From NCBI GenBank assembly GCA_025786725.1, contig JAHLTZ010000004.1, positions 855,314 to 919,313 of the forward strand: a stretch of 64,000 bases of DNA, read 5' to 3'. Shown here one piece after another: positions 39,686 to 55,004 of this stretch (its first letter is position 1; the number at the start of each line of letters is the position of its first letter). Source of the DNA: Syncephalis fuscata S228. Its lineage: Eukaryota > Fungi > Zoopagomycota. The position numbers and the translations under genes were made by a program. The notes beneath the pieces are model-generated. The model had not been told where the DNA came from. It made no database searches and saw only the letters and a program-made list of their open reading frames with translations.

Positions 39686-42600
39686 ATGACTTCGTTATTA
39701 CGAGTCGCACATAGCATCCGTCGGGTGACTGCTGAACGGCACTTGGTCTCTACCGCTACTACTACCTCTTCTTCTATAATAAATACCGCTTCTACCCGTC
39801 GTTTGGCCGTCTACGGTATTCAAGGCATTCGTTCTTTGGCCACGATATCCGGCGAAACGACCGCACCGTTCAGTACAACTTCAAGTTCGGCCGCACATGC
39901 AGCAACTGCAACTAAACATGAACGACAGGCCAAGTCAGCAACTCCACAAGTGGCAGCAGTTGCAGCAACGGCAACTCATCATTGGTCACCTAGCATGGCA
40001 GAAAAGCTCGTTAAGCCATTAGACACGTTCCCCCGTCGTCACATCGGTCCAGATGTTGTGGACAAAGAAGCCATGCTTAAATTACTTGGACTTGAGTCGC
40101 TGGAGGATTTGGTACGCCGTACCATTCCCGAAGACATTCTAATGAGCCAGCCATTACAACTACCGTCGGCCCTTACCGAACAAGAGTTTCTGACACATGC
40201 TCATAAAGTTGCTGCCAAGAACAAAGTAAACAAATCGTTTATTGGCATGGGCTATCATGGCACTGTTGTACCCACTGTCATTTTACGTAATATTATGGAA
40301 AATCCAGGCTGGTGAGTTATTAATAAATGATTAATTAACTAGATTATATACTAATTATTGTACAGGTACACACAGTATACGCCTTATCAAGCAGAAATAT
40401 CACAAGGACGGCTTGAGTCATTGCTAAACTACCAGACAATGATTAGCTCAATGACTGGTCTACCCATAGCAAATGCTTCTCTTCTCGATGAAGGCACCGC
40501 TGCCGCTGAAGCTATGGCCATGTGCTATTCACAAGCACGTAGCAAGTCAAAAGGCGAACGTGATACATTTGTCGTTGATGCTGCCTGCCATCCACAAACA
40601 ATAGCCTGTGTAAAGACACGAGCTGAAGCATTAAACATTCGAGTTGTAGTAAAAGATTTGGCCGCTGTACAAGGAAGTGATGTGAATACAGTACTGGCTT
40701 CAGATGCAGAACGACTATGTGGTGTACTTGTTCAGTATCCAACGACTTACGGTGATGTGCACGACTACACACAATTGGCCGATGCTGTACACCAAAACGG
40801 TGCCGATCTTGTTTGTGCTGCTGACATTCTTTCGCTGGCTCTTCTGCGTGCGCCAGCCGAATTCGGAGCCGATATTGCCATTGGTACTACACAGCGATTT
40901 GGTGTACCACTTGGTTATGGTGGGCCACATGCTGCCTATTTTGCCTGTGCCGATCGTTATAAGCGTCTTATGCCTGGACGTGTCGTTGGTGTGTCACGCG
41001 ACACTGAAGGACGACCAGCACTCCGCCTTGCTTTGCAAACACGTGAACAGCATATTCGACGTGAAAAGGCGTCAAGTAATATATGTACAGCTCAGGCTTT
41101 ATTGGCTAATATGTCGGCCATGTATGCTGTGTACCATGGTCCCAAAGGCATTCAAGCAATTGCTGAACGTGTCCATCGTTTAACCAACGTGCTTGCCCAA
41201 ACTATCACGGCAGCAGGTGGTCAAGTTAAAAACAGCCACTTTTTCGACACACTTACTGTTGAAGTAGCAAGTGCTGAACAAGTCATTCAAGCCGCAGAAG
41301 CAAAGCAAATCAATATTCGCCATATTGATGCACATACAGTAGGCATCACACTTGACGAGACTACTATTGAAGCCGATCTACGTGCATTGGCCAGTGTCTT
41401 TAACGCTACCGAGACGCAGCTGGCAACAGCAATCCAGTCAGTTGCATCGCATACTGAGCCAGCATTATCCGCACCAACACGCCGCACTAGCTCATTCCTA
41501 GAGCATTCAATCTTTAATACGCATCATTCGGAGACTGAACTGCTTCGCTACATTCACCTATTGCAATCGCGCGATCTTTCACTTACTCATTCAATGATTC
41601 CGCTTGGATCGTGTACAATGAAGCTGAATGCCACCTCGGAAATGATCCCCGTTACATGGCCTGGATTTTCTAACATTCATCCATTTGCTCCAATAGAACA
41701 AGTGGCCGGCTATGCACAGCTATTCAAGGAATTGGAAAGTGATTTAGCCGAAATTACCGGCTTTGATGCTGTATCTCTTCAGCCAAATAGCGGAGCACAA
41801 GGCGAATACGCTGGACTACGTGTTATCCGTGCCTATTATGCTGCTAGAAATGAAGCACATCGCAATATTTGCTTAATTCCAGTTTCGGCCCATGGTACCA
41901 ATCCAGCCTCAGCAACACTCGCTGGCCTTCGTGTCGTTACGGTCAACTGCAACAAAGACGGCTCATTAAATCTAGACGACTTGACAAAGAAGCTGGACAA
42001 ACATCGTGACAATTTGGCCGCTATTATGATCACTTATCCATCGACCTATGGCGTGTTCGATAGCAATGTACGTGATGTGTGCAAGCTAATCCACGAAGCC
42101 GGTGGCCAAGTTTACATGGACGGTGCCAATATGAATGCACAAGTTGGTCTATGTCGACCAGGCGACATTGGTGCCGATGTGTGCCATCTCAACAATCATA
42201 AAACACTATGCATTCCACATGGTGGTGGTGGTCCAGGTATGGGACCTATTGGCGTGTAAGTATTAGTAAAACAAATAAGCTGTTAAGCAAATATCATTAA
42301 CAAACTATTTTGCTATATTAGTCGATCTCATTTGGCTCCTTTCTTGCCTGGACATCCAGTGGTCAAGACTGGCGGTGATCAAGCTATTGGTCCTGTGTCT
42401 GCAGCACCTTATGGCTCTGCCAGTATTCTACCCATCTCTTGGGCCTATATTCGCATGATGGGCCCACAAGGTCTTAAACAAGCAACGGAAATAGCCATTC
42501 TTAACGCGAATTATATGCGTGCTCGACTTGAATCGCACTATAGCGTTCTTTACAAGAATAACCACGGTATGTGTGCTCACGAATTTATTATCGATGTGCG

Positions 42601-43033
42601 TGGCATTACTACCGCAACCGGTATTCAAGCGGTCGATATCGCTAAACGTCTTCAAGACTACGGATTCCATGCACCAACTATGTCATGGCCCGTTAGCAAC
42701 ACACTGATGATCGAACCAACCGAATCTGAGTCCAAACAAGAGCTGGACCGTTTCTGTGATGCTATGATTAGCATTCGTAAGGAGATTGCCGCCATTGAGT
42801 CTGGTGAATTGTCGCGAGATGATAACCCGTTGAAGAATGCGCCACATACCGTTGAAACATTGCTCGGTAATTGGTCGCGTGCTTATTCACGGGAGCAAGC
42901 AGCATTTCCACTTGCTTATCTTCGTCGTCAAAAGTTCTGGCCTACTGTTGGCCGAGTTGACGACTCGTTTGGCGATCGTAATCTCATTTGCTCGTGCCCA
43001 CCCATAACCGACTATGATGAATCAGTTGAATAA
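39686..43033 (+). CDS. GCV2: Glycine decarboxylase P-protein, mitochondrial, 3 exons (introns 40312-40365 and 42256-42321)
   Basis: Arg/Ser/Thr-rich presequence, [70 protein letters not shown]. Confidence 0.97.
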
Positions 43034-43230
43034 TTGTCACTTTTACTATTTCTTTACCCCCCTACGCATTTCCACATTTTTCTTCTAACTTTAGCGTATT
43101 TGATGTAATCAGATGAATTAAATAATTCCAATTCTAGTTAATAATAATATTAAATATAACAATAGTAATAATATATATATATTAATGAAAGATAAAACAT
43201 GAATGTATTTGGTTTAGGAGTAGTTTATAT

Positions 43231-44373
43231 TTAAGGCGAAGTAGGCCATACTGTTGCATTGGCCGATGAGGTTGCTTGTCGTTTCTCTCGAACCTCTCGA
43301 GCTCGTTCCATTTGCCAACGATACCAAAAAGTACCGCCCGCTGCCAATGGCCACAGAATAATATGATCAAAGACCCAGAATGACCGTGTAACAACTGGCA
43401 TGTGTACAAATGATGCCGCGCCAATTCCCCAGAGAAAAGATGTAATTGCTGCGGCAATGTAGCAGTAAAGTAGATGGAATAGTGTTCTTCGTAAACGAGT
43501 AATACCCTGTGAACGTTCATTTACTTCAGCCTCCATAATCATCGAGGAGGTTGGATCGTTAGCGGTGCCGGACGAAGTCACATGAAACGAGCCGATTTCT
43601 TTCGATAGTCGTTCGGTAGGTGGTGGTGTTTTTGGCACAGGTCGCATTGTAGTCTGCGGCATTAATTTGCGTAGAATTGCCGTAAGTACAGCGACATAAT
43701 AGATGTAGAGTATGCAAAGTACGGAGAACACAATGCCCCAAATACACCATCCCCAACGGATGTAAATAAAGTAGCCTTCCCAGTCTCCGGCACTGCCATG
43801 CAGACCGCCTACGTAGCTAAACAAACTTGGTGCAACGGAGGCTACACAGCTTATGATGATAATAATGCATTGTGTAAGTATGCGGGGTGGTGTAAGTGCG
43901 ACAAGGCGTCGGGTTATCCGGCGTGAATGGATATGTGGCAGTCGTGCTAGAGTCATTTGCACCGTTTCAATAATGCCGGCGGCAAAAACCGTAATGCCCC
44001 AGAAACCAGGCACGTAAGACCATGGCATAATTAGTGAACGTATACTCAGCGATTTAATTGTATCAAATGTGCACATAGTATTGTAGGTGAGACGAACAAT
44101 AAGAAATAATGTTAAATATTGAGTCATTGTTCTCAAGGGCTGACCGACAAATCGACCGCAGCAAGTATGGCTTGCACTCATCATACCGCCACCGCCATCG
44201 CCAACTGATTGTCTATAGCGTGCTATAATATAAAAACCCACAAAAATGAGTATACAATGAATAGCTGCACCGATTATATAAATATAGAAATGAATTTTTT
44301 CATCTCTACAGTCGGTAACATTCATTGAAAAGTCGCAGTTGGGTGCAAATGGAGGCGGTTGAGCGAATTTCAT
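43231..44373 (-). CDS. Orphan 7-TM receptor-like protein, family member 1
   Basis: Intronless 380-aa ORF with 7 hydrophobic segments. Paralogous to 60973 and 62678 (N-terminal PFAPNCDFSMNVTDC, C-terminal LWPLAAGG..W.RWQMERAR). Confidence 0.8.
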   Translation of the reverse strand: MKFAQPPPFAPNCDFSMNVTDCRDEKIHFYIYIIGAAIHCILIFVGFYIIARYRQSVGDGGGGMMSASHTCCGRFVGQPLRTMTQYLTLFLIVRLTYNTMCTFDTIKSLSIRSLIMPWSYVPGFWGITVFAAGIIETVQMTLARLPHIHSRRITRRLVALTPPRILTQCIIIIISCVASVAPSLFSYVGGLHGSAGDWEGYFIYIRWGWCIWGIVFSVLCILYIYYVAVLTAILRKLMPQTTMRPVPKTPPPTERLSKEIGSFHVTSSGTANDPTSSMIMEAEVNERSQGITRLRRTLFHLLYCYIAAAITSFLWGIGAASFVHMPVVTRSFWVFDHIILWPLAAGGTFWYRWQMERAREVREKRQATSSANATVWPTSP

Positions 44374-45456
44374 TGTAAATCGTTAGTAGTAGTAGTAATA
44401 ATAATAATACTGGTGTTGGTAAATTGCTTAGTTTGATCAATAAGCTAGCATGACATTAAAACGTTAGTAAAAAATAAACATTTAAAGTTTGATAGCGAGA
44501 AAATGTAATGATGGACGGCAATATGGCAGCTGTACAAGCGAAAGACAGTACATTTGGGATTATTTATCGTATGTTTATCAAATTGCCAAATTAGATCAAA
44601 AAAATACCGAGAAATATCACAAAACTAAGGGCAAACAGGTTTGTAGCGCCATAGCGTCTGGAGAATCCCCCCTTCTACTTATTTGTAGAACAATCTTCGC
44701 TATTATGCAGAAAGCACGACTATTGTTTCAGAAAACAAAATTCATGACAACATTTTGTTTTGGCAATATGTATTTCTAACAACAGGATAAGGCTGCCTCA
44801 TTTGGTAGGCTTCCACGTTTTGCAAATCAGCATGTGGAGGCAAAGTCTGTCTTTTTAAATATTCAACATTCTACCAAACCCAATTTTACCGAGCAGATTA
44901 CATATACATAAGTTTGAATAGTCTTTCACTAACGCATTTTGATATGTTTGTGGAAATAATTACAAATGTGATTGGACATTTATGGGTATCTTTAATAGTA
45001 TTATACAAGTTTGAATATTGGCTATTTTTATATCGTTGATCGTTATAAAAAGAATAAAGGATACTCATATTGATTAGATTTGGTGACGACATTTATTATA
45101 TGCAATAAGCAAGTGAATGAATATAATAATAGTCAAATGTTATGCATTTATTTTAGTTTAGTAATTGATTTAATTGCGTGTTTTATAGTTTAAATTAGAC
45201 AGATGGATTGATTAGTGTACAACTATCAATATTTAATTCATGCTTTGTGTGAATAATGCCATACTTGTACAATTCTTGGTTAACAAATTGTTTGTTTCAT
45301 GGTAGTTTTATGCTATCTTGTGCAAAAGGATTTACGTGTCTAAAGTAATTTATTAATAGCAGGTTACATTTGTATTTAATCAATGGCTGATAGATGTTAT
45401 AACTAATGCAGTAAACAGCACTAAATAGTTATGTTGCTGGTAATCTAGGTATTCGA

Positions 45457-47364
45457 TTAATTATATGTTGTTGTCATGTTGTAATATGTGCTTTTTTCGA
45501 GTATCAGTCGCGCATCTGGATCGATGTTTGATGACATAAGTGCGCCGGCATATGGTGTGTATTTATTATGTGTATTTTGTACCACAATCGCATAATTCTT
45601 TCTGTCTTCTGTTTCAGTTTTTGCTTTATCATTACACTGGCTATCAGACTTTGAACGTAAATGGATAATAAAAAGAAGGACACTAATACGTACAACAAAC
45701 GATAATTTAAAAAGAACTATACGAGCAAGTTCAGCCTCAACACCATAACGCCAAATATTTACTTCTTGAATTACATTTCCAATAAATACCATCAGATATC
45801 CTAATGAAAATATTGCACATAGTTTTGTCACCTAATATACTAATGGTAAATATTGTCGCCTTTTCTAATTTTGCTCACTGATGTAACTTTATACTCACTA
45901 ATAACAACGCATGTCTTACAGTACTATTTACTAATAAATCGTCTTGTTTTAACCAGAATATTATGCCTAATACAAATAATTCAGTATTATATTATTTAGA
46001 AATGGCATTACAGTATTACCGTAATAAATAAATACAATATAGTGATCCCTTGAGCCGATAATATTAAATAATCGGCAATTGTTTGTAATATATTCCGTAT
46101 TACAGATGTTGAAACAAATTCGGAAATAATATTTAATGATTGATAAGTAAGTGTCATTGCAAACGCAATAATAATGCCATATCGAAGCAGCAGTAGTGTC
46201 GAGTATTTTTCACACTGGTTGCAATTGAATGCCTATTCATTATTATTTTAATAGTAGGTCTGATAGAATTAATGGCAATTTTTGTTTCATTATATAACAT
46301 ACCATAGTAATAGCAATGCATAAAATCCAACAGATATAAAGAAATTTTGAAAAACTCTTATCCATTTATAGGCCATACCGTTTAGTTTGAGTGCAAGTCC
46401 TGATGCACAAACTAAAATATAAAACCAACTAATTAACATTCTATTAATATTAGTAATAATAAGCTATCTTACCTATTGCAGCACACAGCGCAGAAACATA
46501 TATCAAAACGTGATGTCTAGTAATAGTTTTCTTTGTTTTGATCAAACGGTATAGAATTACAAGACTGTACAATGTAATGCTTACTAGTACAGTTAATATG
46601 AAATATATAAATATTCGATAGCCGGTTGCTAAAAAAACATCATTCCAAGGCCCTGGCTCTGTAAATATATCGAACTATGTATCAGCTAGGGCGCAAATAT
46701 AATAGTAAATCAAAATAAATCAAGTACCTTCTTCGACTGTTACAATAACCGTTGCATCTAAGTTATTGCTTGCATCTACAACAACGTGGTAATTATCATA
46801 TGCCAATAATGCAATGTTGACTGGTGAGACATCTTCATAAAAGCCAAAACCATACTTTGTATAAGGCAAATCGGGATATGCACCAAAGCCAGGGCCTGAA
46901 GTTGTATCAGGTATATAAAGCACTGTGTCAATCGAAAAATTGCTTGTGTCATTTAAATACTGGTTGAGTTCAAAGACTGCAACTCCCGTCTAGTTATAAT
47001 GATAATTAGAATGTGTTATTATAGCACTGATATGGATGGCTTACATGAGCGATTGTTGTACATCCATATTCATTTGCTTCAATTGCATCAATAGCAATAA
47101 TTACACTTGTGGCATTGTCAGATTTTACATTATCCAGTGCGGATTGAGCTGTATTAAGAACAGATGGCAATATTTCGCATGTTGAATTTGGATTAAATTG
47201 CCGCTTACTAAAACTCCACGAGTTGTATATGGTTCGACCTCGACTTCAAACAAATCTTGTGTGTGGTATTGAAGTGTCTGGTTGCCCACACGAAATGTGG
47301 CTGTACCAAAAACGGATACTACAAAGCACAGTAGTAGTATGAGTGTTCCTATGTTATTAAACAT
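45457..47364 (-). CDS. Signal peptide + PA-like ectodomain + 7-TM receptor, copy A (about 7 exons; apparent indels)
   Basis: Signal MFNNIGTLILLLCFVVSVFG, ectodomain with ANEYGC, linker EPGPWNDVF, spliced TM exons, last exon VTKLCAIFSLGY...YYNMTTTYN*. One-base loss near 47197 relative to copy B. Confidence 0.75.
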
Positions 47365-49104
47365 TATATGAAATATTCAGTAAACAACAAACTAGAACGA
47401 AGTATTAAAATAAACGAACAAGATACTATTTAAGCCACATGCAAATTTGATCGCTAAAGTGCCAAACTTGATAAAAGCATGGCTTGTCCCTTGTATTGGT
47501 GCAAAAACCTGTTTTGATATCCCTAGATAGTGCACATGATACTGGTAATGGGGATGCAAATGCAAATATGTGCATTAAATATGTTGAGGCGGCAAATAGT
47601 GACAGTTAATTATATTTTATAAAAATCCATTTTGGACAAGGAGAATAAAACTTGGATAGTAACAGGATCGATTCTAATATTAACTGGAAAACCGTTGTTT
47701 TACATATGTAGCAATGTCTGAATTGCAGTGGACTTGAAATGACTGTTGGAATATTTCTCTAATCATGTTGCTTGCAGTTGCGCCTTTCATTAGTATTGAA
47801 GCTTTGCAAGCCTATATTATTCTGCCACTCATCTGACCATTGTGCTTGATGTGTCGTTATTAGTAGCTTTGTCGCTGCACTTTTGTGTCTTTCGTCGTTC
47901 TCTAATAGTCTGCTGAGGCGAGTTAGGTGTTGTCAAGAAAGGCGACACTGCATTGCCCCTTCACTCATAGAATGTTCCATAAATATATATTTGTTTTTGA
48001 GCTGTTTCTAATGGCATTTGTATATAGCAATCAACCATATATTAATATGTACTACAATTGCCAGCCATGGCCGCAATCGAGCACGACTAATTTTGCGATA
48101 GCATATTTACACAAACTAACCATTTGAAATCAGTATGCCGTTGTAACAAATGTATTTATACATACTTGTCACAATAGATAATAAGATGAAACTATGCCGT
48201 AATAAATATTCGTGAATAAATACTAGAGATTTGTCAGATATCTTAGCACCAGTATTATCGCACACAAAGCAGCTTCATACTGATAAACATAACATTGACA
48301 GTAATATCGAGTAGAATTATGCTATCTGTTCAATGATAGATCGGCCATTTATTATAAAAAGTTTAAATTAACTGGTCGTTTATACAAAGTCTACTAATAT
48401 AATTAAACAAACACATGTGTATTTATACATGTATGTTTATATTTGTTGTACTATTTATGAAATTACATCAATAGCAAAAATAACAATGTATATTCTTGCA
48501 CATTTATAGCAGCTAGTATTTTGAACATACTTAAAACGTGCTTTCCAACATCGCTCATACTGATCAACCATTAGTCTCATGTCTGTCAATGATATGTTGT
48601 AGACAATGAGCATGACATTTTGTATTAAACACTTGCTTATACAATAAGGTATGGACATTTTGCACAGCCATTGATACGTACAAATATCCATTGACAACGA
48701 TATTCCATTAATAAAAATTTAAACTGTGATATATAAGAAATGCACATTTTATTAGCACATGTTGATATACATAACAGACTAATGTAATAACAACCAATCT
48801 TATGAATTTATTTTAGTTTAATAACTGCTCATAATATTATGTTTTATAGTTGACTCCACACTTGGATTGATTATTGCGCATACGTCATTGCCTACTTTAT
48901 GCTTTACGCAAATTATTTATACGTGTACGCTTCAATCGCCAAACTGTCTTTTGTATGGCATCTTTTATGCTATTTTGTGCAAAATCATTTGTATGTGTAT
49001 TAATGGTATATTACATTTATATTTTATAAATTACTGATAGTTGTTATTACTAATATAATAAACAGCATTAAATAGCTGTTGTTGCTGGTGATTTAGGTGC
49101 TAGA

Positions 49105-51021
49105 TTAATTATATACTGTTGCCATGTTGTAATATGTGCTGTTTTCGAGTATCAGCCGTGCATCTGGATCGATGTTTGATGACATGAGTGCGCCAGCATA
49201 TAGCGTGTCATCATTATGTGTAGTTTGTATTGAGGTTGTGATACATTTTCTGCTGTCTACTTCAATTTTTGCTTTATCTTTACACTGGCTATCAGACTTT
49301 GGCCGTAAATCAATAACGAAAAGAAGAACACCGATACGCACAACATATGATAATTTAAAAAGAACTATGCGAGCAACTTCGGCCCCAACGCCATAACGCC
49401 ATGTTTCTCCTTCTTCCATCATATTTCCAGTAAACAGCATCAGATATCCCAGTGAAAATATAGCACATAATTTTGTCACCTAATATGTTAATGGTTAATA
49501 TTGCTGTTTTTCTACTTTTGCTTAATAATGCAATATTCTTGATACTTACTAATAACAATGCATGTTTCACATTACTGTTTCCTAATAGAGTGCCTTGTTT
49601 TAGCCAAAATACTATGCCTGAATACAGAAAGATTAGCATTATAATATTTAGAAATGCTATTAAAATATTACCGTAATAAACAAATGCAACGATGATGATA
49701 CTTTGAGTTGCTAACCTAAAATAATTAATGGTCATTACTAATGTGCTTTGTATCTCAGGTATAGAGGTAAACTCAAAGATCAATTGCAATGCTTGATCAA
49801 TAAGTGCCATAAAAAATGCAATGATAATGCCGTATCGAAGCAGTATCAACTGTCGAGTATTTTTTACATTGATTGCAATTGAATGCCTATTCATTATTAT
49901 TTTTAATAGCAGGTTTGATAGAATTAGTGACAATCTTGGTATTGCATATAACATACCATAATAATAATAGGGTATAAAATCCAATGTATACAAACACACT
50001 TTGCAAAAAGCTTGTGTATTTATAGACCAAACTGTTCAGTTTGAGTGCGAATCCAGAAGCACATACTAAAATATAAATCCAGCTGATTAGTGTTCTATCA
50101 GTATTAGTGCTATCAAGTTTAGCTTACATATTGCAGCGCACAGCGCGGAAACATATATTATAATTTGCTGTTTAGTGATGGCTCTTTTTGTTTTAATTAA
50201 GTGGTACAATGATACAACACTGTACAATATAGCAGTCACAAATACAGCCAGTGTGCAATATATAAATGCTCGATAGCCAATCGATAAAAAAGCGTCATTC
50301 CAAGGTCCTGGCTCTATAGGTACACCAGCCTATATATTAGTCTATGTGCAAAATATAATAGTAGCATCAAAATAGCGCAATTACCTTCTTCAATTGTTAC
50401 AATAATTATTTCTTTTAGCCTAATAGCTGCTTTTACAACAATTAAAAAATCATTTAATGGCAACAATGCAATGTTGACTGGTGAAGCGCCTTCGTAGAAA
50501 TGAACCCATATGTTGTATAAAGTAACGTGGGAGATGCACCAAAACCGAGACCTGATTTTGTATAAGATATGTATAGCACTGTGTCAATCGAAAAATTGCT
50601 TGTGTCATTTAAATACTGGTTGAGTTCAAAGACTGCAACTCCCGTCTAGTTATAATGATAATTAGAATGTGTTATTATAGCACCGATGTGGATGGCTTAC
50701 ATGAGCGATTGTTGTACATCCATATTCATTTGCTTCAATTGCATCAATAGCAATAATTACACTTGTGATATTGTCAGATTTTACATTATCCAGTGCGGAT
50801 TGAGCTGTATTAAGAACAGATGGCAATATTTCGCATGTTGAATTTGGATTAAATGCGCCGCTTACTAAAACTCCACGAGTTGTATATGGTTCGACCTCGA
50901 CTTCAAACAAATCTTGTGTGTGGTATTGAAGTGTCTGGTTGCCCACACGAAATGTGGCTGTACCAAAAACGGATACTACAAAGCACAGTAGTAGTATGAG
51001 TGTTCCTATGTTATTAAACAT
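49105..51021 (-). CDS. Signal peptide + PA-like ectodomain + 7-TM receptor, copy B (about 7 exons)
   Basis: Same exon structure as copy A. Spliced reading EPGPWNDAFLSIGYRAFIYCTLAVFV...IYVSALCAAILCASGF...VYIGFYTLLLLWHS...RYGIIIAFFM...IIIVAFVYYGIVFWL...VTKLCAIFSLGYLML...LSYVVRIGVLLFVI gives 7 TM segments. Confidence 0.78.
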
Positions 51022-52773
51022 TATATGAAATATCAGTAAAAAAATAGAACGAAGTATTAAATAAACGAACAAGATACTATTTAAGCCACATGGAATTTGA
51101 TCGCTAGAATGCAGATTTGATAAAAGCATGGCTTGCTCCTTGTAAATGTGATGAACCTGTTTTGACGTCCATAAATGGTACACATGACACTAATGATGGT
51201 GATAGAATGGAACTGGGCCATCAGATGTGACGAAATAGCAAGTATTGATAACCCATGTGTAAATACTTTGTACAATAATGCTAAGCCTTGAATAATTAAC
51301 AAAGATCGATTTTAATATTAACTGGAAAACCGTTGTTTTACATATGTAGCAATGTCTGAATTGCAGTGGACTTGAAATGACTGTTGGAATATTTCTCTAA
51401 TCATGTTGCTTGCAGTTGCGCCTTTCATTAGTATTGAAGCTTTGCAAGCCTATATTATTCTGCCACTCATCTGACCATTGTGCTTGATGTGTCGTTATTA
51501 GTAGCTTTGTCGCTGCACTTTTGTGTCTTTCGTCGTTCTCTAATAGTCTGCTGAGGCGAGTTAGGTGTTGTCAAGAAAGGCGACACTGCATTGCCCCTTC
51601 ACTCATAGAATGTTCCATAAATATATATTTGTTTTTGAGCTGTTTCTAATGGCATTTGTATATAGCAATCAACCATATATTAATATGTACTACAATTGCC
51701 AGCCATGGCCGCAATCGAGCACGACTAATTTTGCGATAGCATATTTACACAAACTAACCATTTGAAATCAGTATGCCGTTGTAACAAATGTATTTATACA
51801 TACTTGTCACAATAGATAATAAGATGAAACTATGCCGTAATAAATATTCGTGAATAAATACTAGAGATTTGTCAGATATCTTAGCACCAGTATTATCGCA
51901 CACAAAGCAGCTTCATACTGATAAACATAACATTGACAGTAATATCGAGTAGAATTATGCTATCTGTTCAATGGTAGATCGGCCATTTATTATACAAAGT
52001 CTACTAATATAATTAAACAAACAAACGACTGGCATAATTCAATATGATGCGCTGTATTTAGTTAATATATGTTGATACATCGTCAGCAATGTGCTACTGA
52101 AAGTAGGTAGCTAAATAACAAGTGAGAATAATAGTATTAGTCTAGTCAAATAAAATAAATATCCAATATCAGAGAAATTTAAGCAATATAAGCTATGTAA
52201 ACTACAGCTTTTAGTCCAATTACAGCTACTATTAGTGAGTGAGTTAACACAGTATACTTGATTAAGATAATTCTTACAGTTAAACTGATATGGAGGAGAA
52301 AAGTAATAAAAATTATCATTAATTGTGTCAAGTACTTTAATGAATATGGAGCTTTAATAAACGTTATTTCGATGAGAATTTATGTAATTATAAAGTTTGG
52401 TTGCAATAATTTAAATTTTTGTTAATTTATGTAACATTGATACTCAGTAAATGTTTGAACATAATATTTTGCAATTCTTATTGTTTATACTAGCACTAAA
52501 TTCTATTAAACTATTTTTAATGAATTATTTTTAATTTTTCATCGTTGATTATAACTACTATATAGAATGCTATAGACAATAGTTGCGACTTAAACTAATA
52601 AACAACTTATATATTAATAGATAATTAAAAGTATTTAGTTTATCATTTTAATACCTATAATCATCATTATTAATTAAAAAATAACTATCAATAGATCGGT
52701 TTTATTTTATAATGTTTTTGATCAAAACATAACAATCGTAAGTAAATACGATTAATTCGTAATATCGGCTCGT

Positions 52774-54689
<1,916 letters not shown>

Positions 54690-54749
54690 TCAGGGACGGC
54701 ATGGATGATGCGGTTTGGAGCACCGACTCGACTCAAGTACAGCTACAGC

Positions 54750-54835
54750 GAAAAATACAGAAGATGCGAGAAGGTGACGTATTGATAGCGCGTATTGATT
54801 GGCTCAATAGACTTCCACGTCGTTCTAGCGTATTC
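54750..54835. promoter_or_regulatory. Bidirectional HSP60/HSP10 promoter with two mirror-image step-type heat-shock elements
   Basis: GAA at 54750, 54760 and 54770; TTC at 54813, 54823 and 54833 (exact 10-bp spacing); ATTGG (CCAAT box) at 54798 between them. Confidence 0.65.
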
Positions 54836-55004
54836 GATTTTTCTTCTTCTTTTTTCCCTACTAAATGTCGGATGAATGCTTACTGGCCCAAACGGTAAAT
54901 TACGGCACCGAAAAAGTCAGGTCAAAAACGCGTACGATCCCCTCAATTTCTACACTGCTGCTGTCGTAGTTGTCTCTACCTTTTCTATTGTTACAAGTGT
55001 TATC

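Larger units (their letters stand above)
45130..52021. repeat. Tandem segmental duplication, unit about 3.65 kb (about 45130-48411 and 48790-52021)
   Basis: Near-identical blocks 46921-47375 vs 50577-51032 and 47666-48411 vs 51304-52021. TM exons and 3' flanks are visibly diverged but alignable. Confidence 0.9.

Noticed and set aside
8514-43033. Nitrogen/amino-acid metabolic gene cluster (ASN1, URA2, GCV2)
   Set aside because: The genes are tens of kb apart, separated by unrelated genes, and belong to different pathways.
47927-48127. Identical 66-aa ORF repeated at 51565-51765
   Set aside because: GTG start, no motif; the identity is explained by the DNA duplication, not by protein-level selection.
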